Numbered from the stretch's first letter, positions 1-15,331 are shown. The stretch: 64,000 nt of DNA from Eledone cirrhosa (GCA_964016885.1 OZ024740.1:85002001-85066000); one strand, 5' to 3'. The notes: generated from the letters alone by a model not told the origin. A program made the numbers and translations.

Positions 1-1852
1 GGGGTGTATTTTGTTAGAGATGCCTACTGGCTGGAGTAGGTTTTACTATATATTTAGGTAAGGCGGGTCTTCTCTGTTACTGAGTACCGCCAAAGGTCTC
101 GGTCCAGTGACATTGTCTTGGAGAGGTGTAAGTGTGTGATGTCGGAGTTTATCAGCTCGTCCCAGGTTTTTCTAGGTCTGCCTATTCCGTGACTACCGTC
201 TATCTTTATTGCCCTGCACTTTGTTATACAGCTATCGACTTTCATGCGCATCACGTGTCCATACCAACGTAGCCTTCTCTCGAGTAAACAACATCTGATC
301 CCTCTTATCTCTAATTTTTTCCTTAGTTCGTTTATGCTTTGCCGTTCACGTATATTACTGTTACACATCCAGCGGAGCATGCAAGCTTCGTTCCTCTCTA
401 GTCTGCGTATATCCTCTGCACACAATGCCCAGGTCTCACTGCCATGCAGCATTGCTGTTCGTATGCAGGCATCGTACAACCTGCCTTTCATTTTAGTGAG
501 AACCCTTTAGCAGCTAATAGTGGTATAAGCTCTCTGAACTTTTTCCAACCAGTTCTGACTCTAGCTACAGTACTTTCAGAGCACCCTCCCCCACTGCTGA
601 TTTTATCGCCCAGGTAACGGAAGCTGTCCACTATTTCTATAGAACCCTCTGCGCAATTGAAAGAGCTAGTAGTTTGTGGGCACTTGCTGCTACTTATTGC
701 ACCAGAGCACCGGCCACATGTAAAATCTATGTTCTTAGTTAGCTTACCTGTGATCCCACTACATCTTTTATGCACCCATACTTTGCATTTAGGACATAAA
801 ATGGAGTTTCTACCTACGCCTTTCCTACACACCGAGCACGACCATTTCCCAGAAGGGACCGCCGCCTTGTTTTCTTTCCTACAAACTAGCACTTTGGTCT
901 TAGCCAGGTTAATTTTAAGTCCTTTTGACTCTAGGCCGTGCTTCCATGTTTGGAATTTCTTCTCTAGCTCGGCCATTGATTCCGCTATGAGTGTCAGGTC
1001 GTCTGCGTATAGGAGTTCCCATGGGCAGCCTGTCTTGAACTCCTCTGTTATAGCCTGAAGGGCAATAATAAATAGTAGTGGACTGAGAACAGAGCCCTGA
1101 TGGACGCCAACTTTTACGCTAAACTCTTCACTATATTCGTTGTTAATTCTAACCTTGCTGACTGTTTCTTTATACATGGCTTGTATAGCCCTCACAAGCC
1201 ATTCGTCAACGCCTAGTTTTCTAAGAGCCCACCAGATAATGGAGCGGGGGACTCTGTCGAAGGCTTTCTCCAAGTCGACAAAAGCTAAGTAGAGGGGTTT
1301 ACCTTTAGCTAGGTACTTCTCCTGTAGTTGTCGTACTATGAAAAGAGCGTCTGTGGTACTTTTGCCTGACACAAACCCGAACTGCATTTCATCTAGGTCA
1401 ATTCTCTCTCTGATTAGTTGCGCTATTACTCTTTCCGTGACCTTCATGACCTGGTCGATTAATTTAATGCCTCTATAGTTACTCCTATCTAGGGCGTCTC
1501 CTTTACCCTTATAACAGTTAACGATGATGCTGCTATGCCAGTCCTTCGGAACAACCCCATTCTGTACGACTTGGTTAACTATGCGGGTGACCATGGTGTG
1601 TCCCACCGTGCCAGATGCCTTCAGCATCTCAGCAACTATTTCCGAAGGCCCAGCCGCCTTACCAGTCTTCATATCCTTGATTGCCTTACTTATTATACTC
1701 CCCTCGACTAACACTGCTGGTCCCTCTATTGGGTCGATATGGGGAGACTGCCTTTCTCCCAATTATTCTCCTCATTTAGAAGCCTTTCATAGTGACACTT
1801 CCAAGCTACCTTCTTATCAGCGTCGGTGATGGCAAGTGTGCCATCGTCGTTT
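1..1852 (-). mobile_element. RTE-clade LINE, family RTE-A, 5'-truncated copy (RT, PHD-like finger, C-terminus); continues off the window start
   Basis: ORFs 488-1762 and 54-491 contain RT motifs FVDLEKAFD, GVHQGSVLSP and LYADD, plus the RTE C-terminal motifs RRLRWYGHV and GRPRKTW. There is a 1-bp frameshift in a T-run near 492. Near-identical to 29116-30600 and 54681-58069. Confidence 0.95.
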
Positions 1853-3461
<1,609 letters not shown>

Positions 3462-4210
3462 TCTAAACTGCTTTGGTTTATTAGTTCCCTTCTATTCAAG
3501 TAGACTGTATATGTTTGCTGATGGTTAGCGATGGAATACTGTATATACATTTAGTAGTTTTTTTTCTCTAGATTTAAAACTTTCGAGGCAAAATTCACTA
3601 CCCGGTTTAAACCGCTTTCTAACCATTTGAGTGGCTTTAGCGGAGTCTACTCTGTTACAAGCATTGTTGCTGGTTTGAGAATACGTTCCTCCCTTATTCC
3701 CACGTCTCGGAGGCACTGAAAAGGATTAGGGGCACTAAAGAGTTAGAGGCACTACTCCTCTTTCTGACTAACCCATAAAAAATATTGGAGAGCCAATCAC
3801 ACCCCTGTTAACAGAAGCGTGTGTTGCGAACCTCTATCTTTTCTTCACAAGGTGTACACTCACTATTAAATGTCCGGGAGATTTGGTTGTTGTTCTTAAC
3901 GGGTTGACTGGTTGTATAAAGGATCTCCTGTTGGTTTGTAATGTATATTGACCGTCCTAATTACATTTGTGGGTCAAGTATGCCCTCTTGAAATTCTGTT
4001 GTCTCAACTAGTAATATACTTGTCTGTTCAAGCCATGACAAAGCATCTTCCTTAAGTTAAAATTCCCTAAAACATGTTCAACTTGCCTTAAAATATCCAC
4101 TTGTCTTCCAGATTTATCTATCAAATGTTTTAAAACAATTACATTAAAACCATATCTAACTTTAAATCTGACGTTTATTTGAACATAAAAAAAAGTAGTA
4201 CACAAATATT
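3462..4210 (-). mobile_element. Possible highly degenerate Penelope-like (GIY-YIG-side) remnant
   Basis: Broken minus-strand peptides KHLIDK, RFKPGSEFC and LNRRELINQ fall in the order expected for a PLE C-terminus. It abuts the TA array. Similarity is weak and recalled from memory. Confidence 0.3.
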
Positions 4211-4874
4211 GATTATTAATTCAAACAAATTTCATGCATTTAAGCCATCAATCTCTGTTCATCTTCGCCGGTTTTATTTTCCTTTTTTTAACAACATAAT
4301 CACTCTCCTTCACTTCAATATACCTTCATTTCTCCACACTAGCCAACAATGAAATACCTATGAACGTGGTCGCTCAACCTACTAGAAATAGCAGTTAGAT
4401 CTCCCTCAAATCACACAACACTGTCTTAGAAAATGATGTATTGGAATAATGTGAAATCGGGGACACTGTGCCTGAGCTCCCCATCCATCACTAAAAAAAT
4501 GTTAAGGTCACGGTTGAACTGCTTTTGATCAGAGGTGTGTTCGATCAACGCTGTGTAACAACCTTCGTCCTACGCAATTCTCTCCTCTCTTCTCTTTTCC
4601 ATCTCCTCTGTCGAATAGTTTTACAGTTAGGTGGAAACATAATCCTATCCGATTTAGCAAGTTTATTCAAAAACAAGCAAACAAACAAAACTGCCGAAAC
4701 ACACCATGCACATACTATATTATATAAATACATAGTTACGGACACACGCACTCACCTATACACTCATGCACACATACATACACAGTCAGTTGATAAATAG
4801 TGATTATGCATTTTTATTTGCATCACGTAACACATTAAACAATATTTGATGTATCTATCTATCTATCTAAGGCG

Positions 4875-4953
4875 TACACGTTTTTATTGTATGTAAACTT
4901 CCCCCTTTGTATTTGTCCTCTTCTTTTGTGCCCCTGTGGCTAATAAAGAAATA
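4875..4953 (+). mobile_element. Short L1/Tx1-like 3' tail insertion with 15-bp target site duplication
   Basis: TATCTATCTAAGGCG is duplicated at 4860-4874 and 4954-4968. The insert ends GCCCCTGTGGCTAATAAAGAAATA, resembling the tail at 9070-9110. Confidence 0.6.
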
Positions 4954-4954
4954 T

Positions 4955-5300
4955 ATCTATCTAAGGCGGGTAAAATTCCCGAGATCCATGGACGAGTTCT
5001 CTCCAGCGGTCTCTGTCCCTCATTATCGCTGCCATGTCCTGCGTCTCCAACAGACCAGTGTCTGTCCTTAGGGCATCAACATACGTTAACCTTGGTCTTC
5101 CTCTTCTACTGTGTCCATGCAGGGGCTCCCAAAGGCGCACTGAGTGCAATGTCAACTCTGGATGTCGGTGAGCATGTCCAGCTAACCTCAGTCTCTTCTG
5201 TGTCACTTTTGATGTATGAGATGGATAAGTGACCGGGATAAAGGTTTATAATTGTAGCACTGAATGTACGACCACACTGGTTATACATCTAGTGTGCTGA
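4955..5300 (-). mobile_element. 3' fragment of an older RTE-clade LINE
   Basis: ORF 4961-5206 reads QKRLRLAGHAHRH...RRGRPRLTYVD, a typical RTE C-terminus, and is followed by a (TAGA)n-type tail. Confidence 0.85.
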
Positions 5301-6828
5301 CACTAGATGTATAAACAGTTTGTTCGTAGTTTACACTTCAGTTTCTACAATTCTATAAACTTTTTCGATATCTTATCCATTGAAATTAACTGAAGAAATA
5401 TTGCAGTGAATTAGTAAATGAGGTTTTTTTTCTCTGTTAATTTATCTTTGAAGATGGAAAACCCGATGACGTTTTGTAGTCAATCTCAGACAGGTGAGAT
5501 TGGTGTGGTTGACATGGCTTTGATGCCTGATAACGGTCGAGGCAATGTGAACATGCAAGTAGATTCTATAGGTTTACAGTTCTGATGAGATATGGTTGGA
5601 CGAATTCTACGCCAGGTTTAAAATACTATAGAAACGCTGTCTGTCAATACGGCACCCTACCACTCCCTCGTGTTACTGGACCATGTACATGCATGCAAGA
5701 TGTTTGTGCAACTATGGTACTTTCCCAGATATGAGAGCATTACTTAAGCTTTGTAGACGGCCAACAATTTATCAGGATTGAAGTATTTTCTGGCTCTAGT
5801 ATTTATGGCGCGGTTTTGGCAATGTCATCATTATGGTCACCATGAGAACACACCAGACATTGTGAAGTTTAGGATTTGTAGCAACTTGGTGTTTTAGTTA
5901 TGCTATTCATAAGTAGAGAATTAACTGTTGTGCCTTGGCGTTGTTGAAATAGTTAAAGGTATTATGTCCCCATTATAGAATATAGTTGGGAGAGATGATA
6001 ATAGAATTTTAAAAAAAAGAGCAAAATCGTATCTCAGCCAGCGTAACTGATATCTAGGTATATTCAATGTGTTTCCGTGAGGAATAGTTTTTCTGGTTTG
6101 TAGGATACGGTGGGTAAGAAGTTCATGGATGTTCGGTAGATGGGAGATGCTTACACCTATCCAAAGACCTAGTCTTCGACAACACGCTTGTGCTGATAAT
6201 ATTTTTCGTTTAATAGATAATCAAGCTAATCTCTTTCGGTGAATTGTGTGTATAGCAAGAAAATGTATAAGATGATAAGTATAGTTGTGAACCTGTTCTA
6301 ACCGAATGGCCATCGGATGTAAAACACACACACATACGATAGCAATTTGTTTTAATTCTTCCCCCCCCCCCCCCCATTTTTAGTGTGTCATTTTGTCATT
6401 TTCCACAGTTGTGTATATTTGTCTCTTTGATATATAAAAATGTGCGCGCGTGAATTCAAACCTTTAGGCTGTTTTCTCTTTCTATTGTTTGTAATGTGCA
6501 TATGTCTGACTGATATGTGACTGTTTTTTGCATCTTTTATGAGTGTGTGTTCGTCTGCTTTACAAACCATACCCCCCGCAGCCCACCCTTTACATAACTG
6601 AAACTGTTGACATAACAAGACAGGTGAGTTGTTTTGTAAACAGAAGTCAGAACTTGTCAGTTTAAAGGTCACTGCCGGGGTCAAACATAAATAAAGAGGT
6701 GGTGCGGTGGTGATGGTGATGATGGTATATTTATTTCTGAGGTATAGACTGAACACGTTAAAATATGTGATATAGGGGTGGTGGTGTAAAAAGGTTTATA
6801 ACATTAAATAGTAAGAAATAGAGATTCA

Positions 6829-7150
6829 GCTAGGCCGAATGGTTTAGTTCTCTTGGCAATCACTAGGTCGCGGGTTCGATCCTAATGCGTGGCATCTTGG
6901 ACAAATATCGTTTACCATAGCCATGAGTTGACGCATGCTTTGTGAGTGGAACTGGATTGACGGAAACTGTTTTGAAGCTCGTCGGATGTTATTCAAAGGA
7001 CCAACTTTGTCACAGTGTCACGCTGAACTTCTCTGAGAAAGGTATACGTGTCAGTGGAGTGCTCAGTCACTTATACGTTAATTTCATAAGTAGATTGTTC
7101 TGTTGATCGAACAACTGGAGTACTCATTGTCGAAACCGACGGAGGCCCAT
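6829..7150 (+). mobile_element. tRNA-derived SINE
   Basis: A-box-like TAGGCCGAATGG and B-box GGTTCGATCC. The body is shared with 7512-7800 and 22430-22735. Confidence 0.7.
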
Positions 7151-7511
7151 TCCAGTAGGAACAGGGGGAGAGAATCACTGGAGAATGGAGATATTAGATC
7201 ACATGTTGTTGGAGAGCTCCACTTCAACCTCGATCAGGCAGTCATATGATCATGAGTGTTTCTACCCTGACCATCTTTTTTTTAATATATGTTGGACGAC
7301 ATTGTTTAAGGCGTCCTTCCTTTTCAAAAGGGTGTCATTTGTGGAATTTGACTGCTATTTCTAATCGGGTGAGTGATCAATTATATGCTCCCTCGTTGAC
7401 TCTGTATCACATATAGAGAACTACGGTGCTCGAGTATGTAGTTAGTTGCTACCATACAAGACGAGGAATGGTTCTTATTCTTTCATAAGTGCCATTACTG
7501 TATCTATGGTT

Positions 7512-7800
7512 GAAGGCGCGTGGCTTAATGGTTAGTGTTTGGTTGACGCTCGTAAGGTTGAGAGGTTGATTCCTGACGGTATGTCGTGTCCTTGAGCAAG
7601 ACACTTTATTTCATGTTGCTCCAATTCACTCGCTACCATAAAATAAGTTATACGTGTAATTCAGAGTCAGCCTTGTCACGCATTGTGTCACGCTGAATCT
7701 CCCTGAGAACTATGTTAAGGGTAGACGTGTCTGGAATGCTTGGCAACTTGCACGTTAATTTAACGAGCAGGCTGTTCCATTAATCGCATGAACTGACGGA
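7512..7800 (+). mobile_element. tRNA-derived SINE (second copy at 22430-22735)
   Basis: GGCGCGTGGCTTAATGG head, degenerate B-box, GTGTCCTTGAGCAAGACACT central motif and GAATCTCCCTGAGAACTATGTTAAGGGT body. Confidence 0.75.
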
Positions 7801-8425
7801 TGGGGCGGGGGTGCAATGCTGTATCTATGATGACGGCTACTCAATCAACAGATATGGTGGAGTGAATGGAATGGTTCACCACTTCAGCATCATCATCCTC
7901 AATATCATCATCATCAACATCTTTACATCAACCTTTCCTTGCTGGCATGGGTTAGACTGGTCATTTTTAGGCAACGGTTTTCAACCAGATGCCCTTCCTG
8001 ACACTAACTCTTTTTACAACATGCAGGGATATGGTGTACCTATTTTAAAATGAATACACATGGTTTGACTGTGAAATTTAAATTTTCTAGTATTTCTGAA
8101 ACTGGCAGCCTTTCCTACTGTGAATTTGGCTCTCGATTAATGCACCAACATTTGAGGTCTCCTTTTTCAACTCTATCTGCTCTTTTAGCGTAGACTCTCA
8201 TTGTTTGTGTTATCTTTTTAATATCAAACATGTTTTTATATTGATGTGATGGAGCATTGTTTTGAAGTGGTAGGTGGCTATGTAACGAAATAGGCTAACC
8301 ATTGTTGTTCATCCTCTTTCATCATCAGTTTTATTTATGTCGATTTTTCCATGCTAGCATGGGTTAGATGAATTGTCTTTCAGCAATGGAAGGTTAGGTG
8401 ACCATGTCTTGCTCATACAGAACTC

Positions 8426-9253
8426 GGCGATATCCAATTTTAGCGGCATAAATGCCGCTTACTTGCTGTAGTTGCATGGATATTTGTCTTACTATGGAGA
8501 AGGAATTAGAAACAGTTTTATCAAAATTCACTGCTATTCGGGAACATACAAAGTGAACTTTGGGTGACATACCAACTTCTGTTGATAATATAAGGAAAGA
8601 AATCAGTGAAGGTATTTATTACATTTTGATTGCATTTTTATTACAACCACTAATACTTACTATTATACCGAGGGGCCCTGCCCGTTCGGGAAAGGCTCTA
8701 CAGACACGGATTCCGGGACGGAAACCCCTTGGAAAAGAAATGTCCCAGATGCGTTTGCAACGAGGAAACTGTGGGGATATGTCGCCGGCCAACAAATGGT
8801 CCTCTTCTTCCGATACCACTTCGAAAGAAGGATCAAGGTGGAGAAAAAGGCACTCAGTCCCAGCCAATTCCATGAAAGATGGGTGAAAGTAGCAATAATG
8901 GCCCGTGTAAGTGGGCCATCTCTCTATATCGGCTTGTACAGGTAAGAGAAGAAGGTCGCACCTCCCTCTCTCTGTGCTCCCTGGCAGAAAGGTCGCACAC
9001 TTTCTACGGGGGTGTGTGTGACCCCAAAAGGCTAATAAATCGCAAAAAAGCAAACAAACAAAAAAGGGGCAAATAAAGAAATCTATGCCCCAGTGGCAAA
9101 TAAATCGCAAAAAAAAAACAATAAATAAATCTATATTTCTTTTAACGGCTAAAAAAAGGGGAATGTAAATTTGTTGGAATAGCCTCATACATTGAAGTAA
9201 GCAGCAACTACAGCAAGTAAGCGGCATTTAGGCCGCTAAAATTGGATATCGCC
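8426..9253. mobile_element. Non-autonomous DNA transposon with 50-bp TIRs and 8-bp TSD (Merlin-like)
   Basis: TIRs at 8426-8475 and 9204-9253 have 1 mismatch and start GGCGATATCC. TSD is CAGAACTC/CAGAACTG. It interrupts an RTE-type 3' tail whose empty form is at 27230-27260. Superfamily assignment is inferred. Confidence 0.85.
8666..9130 (+). mobile_element. Internally deleted L1/Tx1-clade LINE 3' fragment inside the TIR element
   Basis: One frame reads YRGALPVRERLYRHG..KCPRCVCNEETV (zf-RVT-like). A second frame reads VLFFRYHFERRIKVEKKALSPSQFHERW*. An AATAAA/A-rich tail follows. Confidence 0.7.
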
Positions 9254-10244
9254 CAGAACTGATTTTGGCTTGGTTTCTATAGCTGGATGCCCTTTCTTAG
9301 GTGCATCATATCCTTGCTTGTTGTAAGAATTGACTGAAACATTTGGTGCCAGGAAGAGTATATGGCTATAAAACATTGCTTCATAAAGGACTTTATAAAG
9401 ACTGGTATGGGGCCTAAAAGTCTAACCCCTGCTTTAGTAGGGAAAGTGGCCTTAACCCTTTCATTACCATATTTCTAATGAAATATGTACACTCTCTATA
9501 GGTTTAAATTAAATTTGAAAATAACCTAGTATGAAAAGGGTTAAAGGTCACAATTCTTGTCGATTATATTTGCACTAGTATGTTATTGGCATTTTCTTTA
9601 TCAACCTTGCCAGTATTTAAATTTAGAAAAAGTAAAGGTATGTTGTCTGGTGTTCTGAGCCTGTTTATTATGAATAGAATAAAATAAACATTTATTGTTT
9701 ATGTCTGTTGGATAGGATACTGTAGGTAAATATGTATCAAAGAAATATAGTTTTCAGCTTGATAGTAATGTTTGATGTATGTTGTGCTGGACAATCAGAA
9801 ATGCTTTTCAGTGTATTGGGGGCATTGGCAGTTAGCAAATATATTCAGTGAAAATGTTATGTCTATAGTATGATGTTAGCAGCAGCTGAAGCAGTTTCTA
9901 CAAATACTTTCCTCAGGTTAATAGATTAGAAAAATGCTTTTCTCTAAATTATTGTTTCTTTAGAAAGATTTCATATACTGGGTATACTTGGTATCTTTAG
10001 TGGAGAAATACTTGTCTTCTGTAGATAGAACTATTGTTAGTATTCAAGGATATGTGATTATGTTGTATACTTTTTGTATATTATTCCTCTTTAAACTGTT
10101 GTTAATATTCAAAGATATGTGTGTGTGTATATGTGGTATAGTTTTTGTATGTTACCTCTCTTTAAACTGTTAATATTCAAAGATATGTGTGTGTATGTGT
10201 ATGAACTTCCTACCATATTTTGGGAGCAATGCCTGAAACTGATA

Positions 10245-10498
10245 TTAACCCTTTTGGTACCAAACCTGCCTGCAACTACCCCCAGTTCTGTTATACAAAG
10301 CTGTATATTTTAAAGTGTTTATATTCACGTAGACCCCTTTTCATCATAATTTTATGTAAGAATTTGAAGCTCTAAACACCAGTTTAATGAGCAAGTTCGT
10401 TATATTATGAAACCCATCTAAATTCTTGATTATTTTCAAAATTATTTAAAAATGATAGGCATTGTGTTTCATTAGAAATATAGTAAGAAAAGGGTTAC
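10245..10498. mobile_element. TTAA-flanked (piggyBac-like) MITE; related copies near 9451-9544, 11044-11282, 13325-15500, 23280-24092, 60680-60889
   Basis: Termini read TTAACCCTTT...AAAGGGTTA(A), with shared internal sequence among the copies. Confidence 0.65.
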
Positions 10499-11377
10499 AG
10501 AATTTTCTTTTGTTTCTTGATGACTTTAAATAGGAGGGTTGTTATTCTATGTAGACCATGTTAGGTTAACATTATGAAGTGATACCCAGACAAATTATAT
10601 GGCTTGTAATGTCATTTGTTGTATTATATTCCACTACTGAAGTGAAAACTGTGTGTGGTTATTGCTATGACTGTTAGCATTTTATTCTGTATCACTGTTG
10701 ATGGTGCTGCTGCTGTATTTTAGTAACCCACCACTCAACTCCAATATATGGGAGGTCAGTCATATTGGAATACATTTCAATCCTGTGTGAGGCCAGAATT
10801 ATGTTACCTAGGGTGTACTCTGTCAGTTAGATCATATTGCAACCCACTATATATTCTGTTACTGTCTGGTTTGTTTTTAATTGTCTTGGAATTTTTCTAA
10901 GTACTGTAGCAGATGTGAATAAAGTGGACTCGGTATTTAGTAACTTGGATTTATCTGCAATAAAAATGTTATTTTGGGATTAAAATAGTTGATTACATGG
11001 TTATCATTTCAAATTTAACAAAGCCATTGGGTTGTGACACATCTTAACTCTTGTGATATCAAATTGCCTGAAACTACCTCTGGCTTAACAATACAAAACT
11101 GCTTGTTTTAAAGTGGTTATATTATCGTAATTTAATTTAAGAACCTTTCTTTGTTATTTTCCTAATGCTAGCTTGATAATGAGAAAGCTATATAACGAAG
11201 TCTCTTCAAATTCGTAATTTTCAAAATCCATTGAAAACCATAGGCCATGGATTTCAATGGAAATATTACGATTAAAGGTTTAACTAACTCAATGTACTAG
11301 TTACTTGAATTTAAAAATAGGAGTGATAAATGTTTTAAAGCTTCAAAAACAAAGGACAGATGAAGACACAATCTGAT

Positions 11378-11912
11378 CCTTGATATTATTGTCTTGTCAT
11401 ATCTCACCAACATATATCTACTGCACATCAAGACACACCACTTGATATCATTGACATGTCATATCTCACCAACATATATCTACTGCACATCAAGACACAC
11501 CACTTGATATCATTGACATGTCATATCTCACCAACATATTTCCACCCCACACAAAGACACTTGATATCATTGTTTGTCATATCTCACCAGCATATATCCT
11601 CTTCACACTACTTCATATCAATGCCTTGTCATATCTCACCAACATGCCCACTCCACACCAAGACACACCACCTGATATCAATGTCATGTCATATCTCACC
11701 ACCATATATCCACTCCACATCCAGACACTTGATATCATTGTCTTGTCATATCTCACCACCATATATATCCACTCCACATCCACACTTGATATCATTGTCT
11801 TGTCATATCTCACCACCATATATCCACTCCACATCCAGACACACCACTTGATATCATTGTCTTGTCATATCTCACCACCATATATCCACTGCACACCAAG
11901 ATACACCACTTC
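11378..11912. repeat. Minisatellite, ~50-60 bp unit, about 10 copies
   Basis: Repeated CTTGATATCATTGTCTTGTCATATCTCACCA(A/C)CATATATCCACTCCACATCCAGACACACCA. Confidence 0.92.
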
Positions 11913-12004
11913 TAGTCTTAAAGTCTAGTAGTGATGATTCTCTGGAAAAAAAAAAGGCAGACATTTTTATTTTATGTTCAGGTTCACATGAAGTGTATGT
12001 AATA

Positions 12005-12175
12005 TGAAGAATGACCAGTACACAGAGAGTGTATGTGGGGTGAAGACAATAGCCATAATAAAGCCCATATGGAAGGTATTTAGTATGAAGACAATAGCCA
12101 GTATACGACCCACATGGAGTGTATTTAGTATGAAGACAATAGCCAGTTTCACTATTGTCTGAAGACATCAACATA
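12005..12175. repeat. Degenerate tandem repeat, ~45 bp unit
   Basis: TGAAGACAATAGCCA recurs three times. Confidence 0.7.
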
Positions 12176-12317
12176 TTGAACAATACCAACACTTTGGTAG
12201 TTTGTGGGTTTGATGCTGTTAATTTTTCTGAAAGATAAATAAAATATCGAAGAGCGACACTATTTAGATAGTGTGTGTTTATTATATTACTGTATAGTAT
12301 ATAAAAAAAAAAAAAAT

Positions 12318-12925
12318 ACCAATCTCCAACTCAATGTACAACCAACAAATTGCTCAAGTTACGGAGTTTGTATATCTCAGTCACAAACTATCATCAAACA
12401 ACAATGGAATGGTTGCTGCACAATATCAAATCGCTCTAGGTTGGGCAGCTTTCAACAAGAACAAGAAAGTACTAACATCAAAACGAGTTTCCTATCATTT
12501 GAAGGTTAAGATATTTGATACTTACATCCTACCAGTTGTGTTAGATGGTCTTGACTGTATTAATGGGACAAGGTCTCTTCAGAAGCTCTCTACATTCCAG
12601 AACCACATCATGAGACTTATGACTGGCAAGCAGCTCAGCGACCGTATCTGTATCAGTGAGCTGCTCAGACCAATTACATCAATTGTCAAGTCAAGAGTAT
12701 TCAAACTATATGGCCATAAAATGATGTGAGTAGGTTATGCCTGGAAGGAAGGTTGGCTGGTAAGAGAAGCAGAGGCCAACAGCCAAAACGATGGCTTGAC
12801 AATGTCAACTTATGGACTGGACTTGATCTTTGCTCTTTAAACTCTGCTGCTGGTGATCGAACTTTGTGAAGAGAGATATCACATGTTAATGCGCAGTCTG
12901 GAACTGGCAGAGTTTAGCGTCACAA
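12318..12925 (+). mobile_element. 3' fragment of another RTE-clade LINE family
   Basis: ORF 12334-12729 reads VTEFVYLSHK...LKVKIFDTYILPV...KLYGH, followed by degenerate GKRSRGQQPKRWLD. Confidence 0.85.
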
Positions 12926-13394
12926 GAATAATGTTTGTACTGTTCAGTTAAGGTGATGGAAGAAAAGTGTTATGGTAGGTGGAGATGGGGATACTGATTG
13001 TGGTAAGGGATGGTTTTGACAATGGTGGTGTTGGATGGAGTTGGTTTTTGTGGTTGTGACCAGCTGTCTCCAAATATACACTAATGAACTTCTAACATTA
13101 TGTTCATGCTGCTAATAAATTAGCTTCACTTTCAAACTGCAATCTCTTCACTCTCTGGACACTTTATGTAATGGTGGACAGTGGCTAAGAAGGATTGAAC
13201 TAAAGCATAACTTGTTGGTCAGTTAGTGAATGAAATTTAGTTGACAAAGTCTGTGGAATCCCATTGGAGAAGTTGTTCCAGAGTGGCAGAGTAGACTTAA
13301 TTAATCCATCACCTGGTTTAGCACTTTTGATATTAACCCACCTGAAATCAATCTTGTGTTATGATACACAACTGCACATTTTGAAATGTTCATA

Positions 13395-15291
13395 CATTTC
13401 AAGCAGGTGACAAAAAAGGCAGTGCTTGAATTTGAGCACCGCATAGCAACCAACCCTGACAGTAAGGTGTTCTGGAAGTATGTTCACTCAAAGCAGAAGC
13501 CTCACTCTCCAGTTGGTCCTCTTCGCAATCCCCACACAAGCCAGGTTACTGATGACCCCAAGGAATGCGCAAAACTCATTGCTGAATGCTATGCAGGCAT
13601 TTTCACTGTTGAAGACCAGAGTGTACTATCTCCACCACCCCTGACATCGGATTCTATTACAACTATGGAATTAACACCTGCAATACTGCGACGACACCTT
13701 AAAAATAAACGCAACCATGCCTCTCTTGGTCTTGATGGTGTTACGTACCTGCTTCTCAAACGTGGTGGGTACTTCCTTCTGCACCAACTATCATGCTTCT
13801 TCCAATTCTGTCTGAACAACGGTGCTATTCCAGTGCAGTGGAAAACTGCCAGTCTCATTCCTCTGTTCAAAAAGGGTGACTGCACATCACCTGTCAACTA
13901 TCGTCCAGTTAGTATTACTAGCTGCATTGCCAAACTGATGGAATCCTGTGTCAGAGAAACACTTTTGAACTTCTGGAACTATCACTGTCTTATCCGGTCC
14001 TCGCAATTTGGATTTATCCCCAACTCCAACTGCTGTGATCAACTTATCGAGTTTCTTGAAGACATCACCCGGATCACTGATGGCGGCTCATGGGTGGATG
14101 TTGTTTACCTTGACTTTGCTAAAGCTTTCAATTCTGTGCCACACAAAAGACTTATGGCAAAACTCTCTGCAATGGGTGTGAAGGATGATCTTTTTAACTG
14201 GTTGAAGTCCTTCATTCTCAGTCGAAGAGAGGTAGTCACGGTTCTAGGACAGCATTCCTCACTATATGAGATGTTATTTGGTGTACCACAGGGATCTGTT
14301 CTTAGCCCTCTTTTGTTTGTGGCATAGATGCCAACTTAAAGAATGTCACAGTACTGAAATATGCAGATGACATTAAGCTGTACCTTGAGATAAAAAGGAA
14401 AGATCCTGAACACTATAGATCTTTCCTGCAATCTGACTTGGACATAATGCAACAATGGATCATGGACTGGCAACTCAAGTTGGCTGTGGACAAGTGTATC
14501 ACCATGCATTTTGAGAGTAAAAACCCAGCGTCCACATACTCCCTCCACAACACTAATATCAAGAAGTCTTCTTGTGAACGTGACCTGGGCATTACGAAGC
14601 ACATCTCTAAAATTGTCAAGAAGGCCGAGGGTGTCTTAGCATCACTCAGCAAGACTTTTGTTAGCCGCTCTCCAGCTATCTATTTAAAGCTCTATACAGC
14701 TATGGTACGACCACACTTGGAATCCGCATCATCAGTCTGGAACCCCTATCTTGCTCAGAACATTGACCTTCTGGAAACTGTTCAGAGATGTGCAATCAAG
14801 CGAATACCCTCCATCAGGCATCTACCTTACTCTGAATGCCTTGCTTCCCTGTGCATGGATACATTGAAGCTCCGACATCTGGCAACTGACTTGGTAAACA
14901 CCCACAGAATTATTAAGCATCTTGCCAACAACAACCCTGAGTACCTTTTTGATTTCCATGTGTCTAACACACGTGGGCATGCCTACAAAGTCATAAAGCA
15001 GCACAGCTCCCATGACTTTCGAAAACATTTTTTCACGCTCAGAGTTGCTGAAGTATGGAACAAACTACCTGCATCAGTTATTAGCTGTCAAGTCTCTGCA
15101 TCCTTTAAAACCTCCATGCTTCCTGAGATTCACACACACTGCACCTGATGCCCCCCCCCCCCTCCATACACATGCACACATGTATTTCGTGACTCGTACA
15201 CTGTTCATTTTCCTGACATTTGTACATTATTCTATGTACTATACATGCACCTTTGATGAGTTGTAGTGCACCTGAGCACTGTACACAATAA

Positions 15292-15328
<37 letters not shown>
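13395..15328 (+). mobile_element. CR1-clade LINE, 5'-truncated, frameshifted, inserted in a TTAA-type MITE
   Basis: ORFs 13386-14327 (NYRPVSITS, YLDFAKAF, GVPQGSVLSP) and 14438-15148 (TRGH, FFTLRVAEVWNKLP), KYADD near 14357, and an (ATT)n tail. Confidence 0.93.

Positions 15329-15331
<3 letters not shown>

Noticed and set aside
6829-6900. tRNA-like A/B boxes (also about 7512, 22430, 26000)
   Set aside because: No complete cloverleaf, and each is followed by a SINE body. These are SINE heads and not tRNA genes.
8619-9227. 202-aa minus-strand ORF inside the TIR element as a possible transposase
   Set aside because: No DDE or HTH motifs. The recognisable coding signal is an L1/Tx1 fragment on the opposite strand.
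11456-11928. His/Ile/Ser-rich repetitive ORFs (also 39056-39351 and 59773-60189)
   Set aside because: They are translations of mini- and microsatellites with frame-inconsistent unit lengths or several simultaneously open frames.
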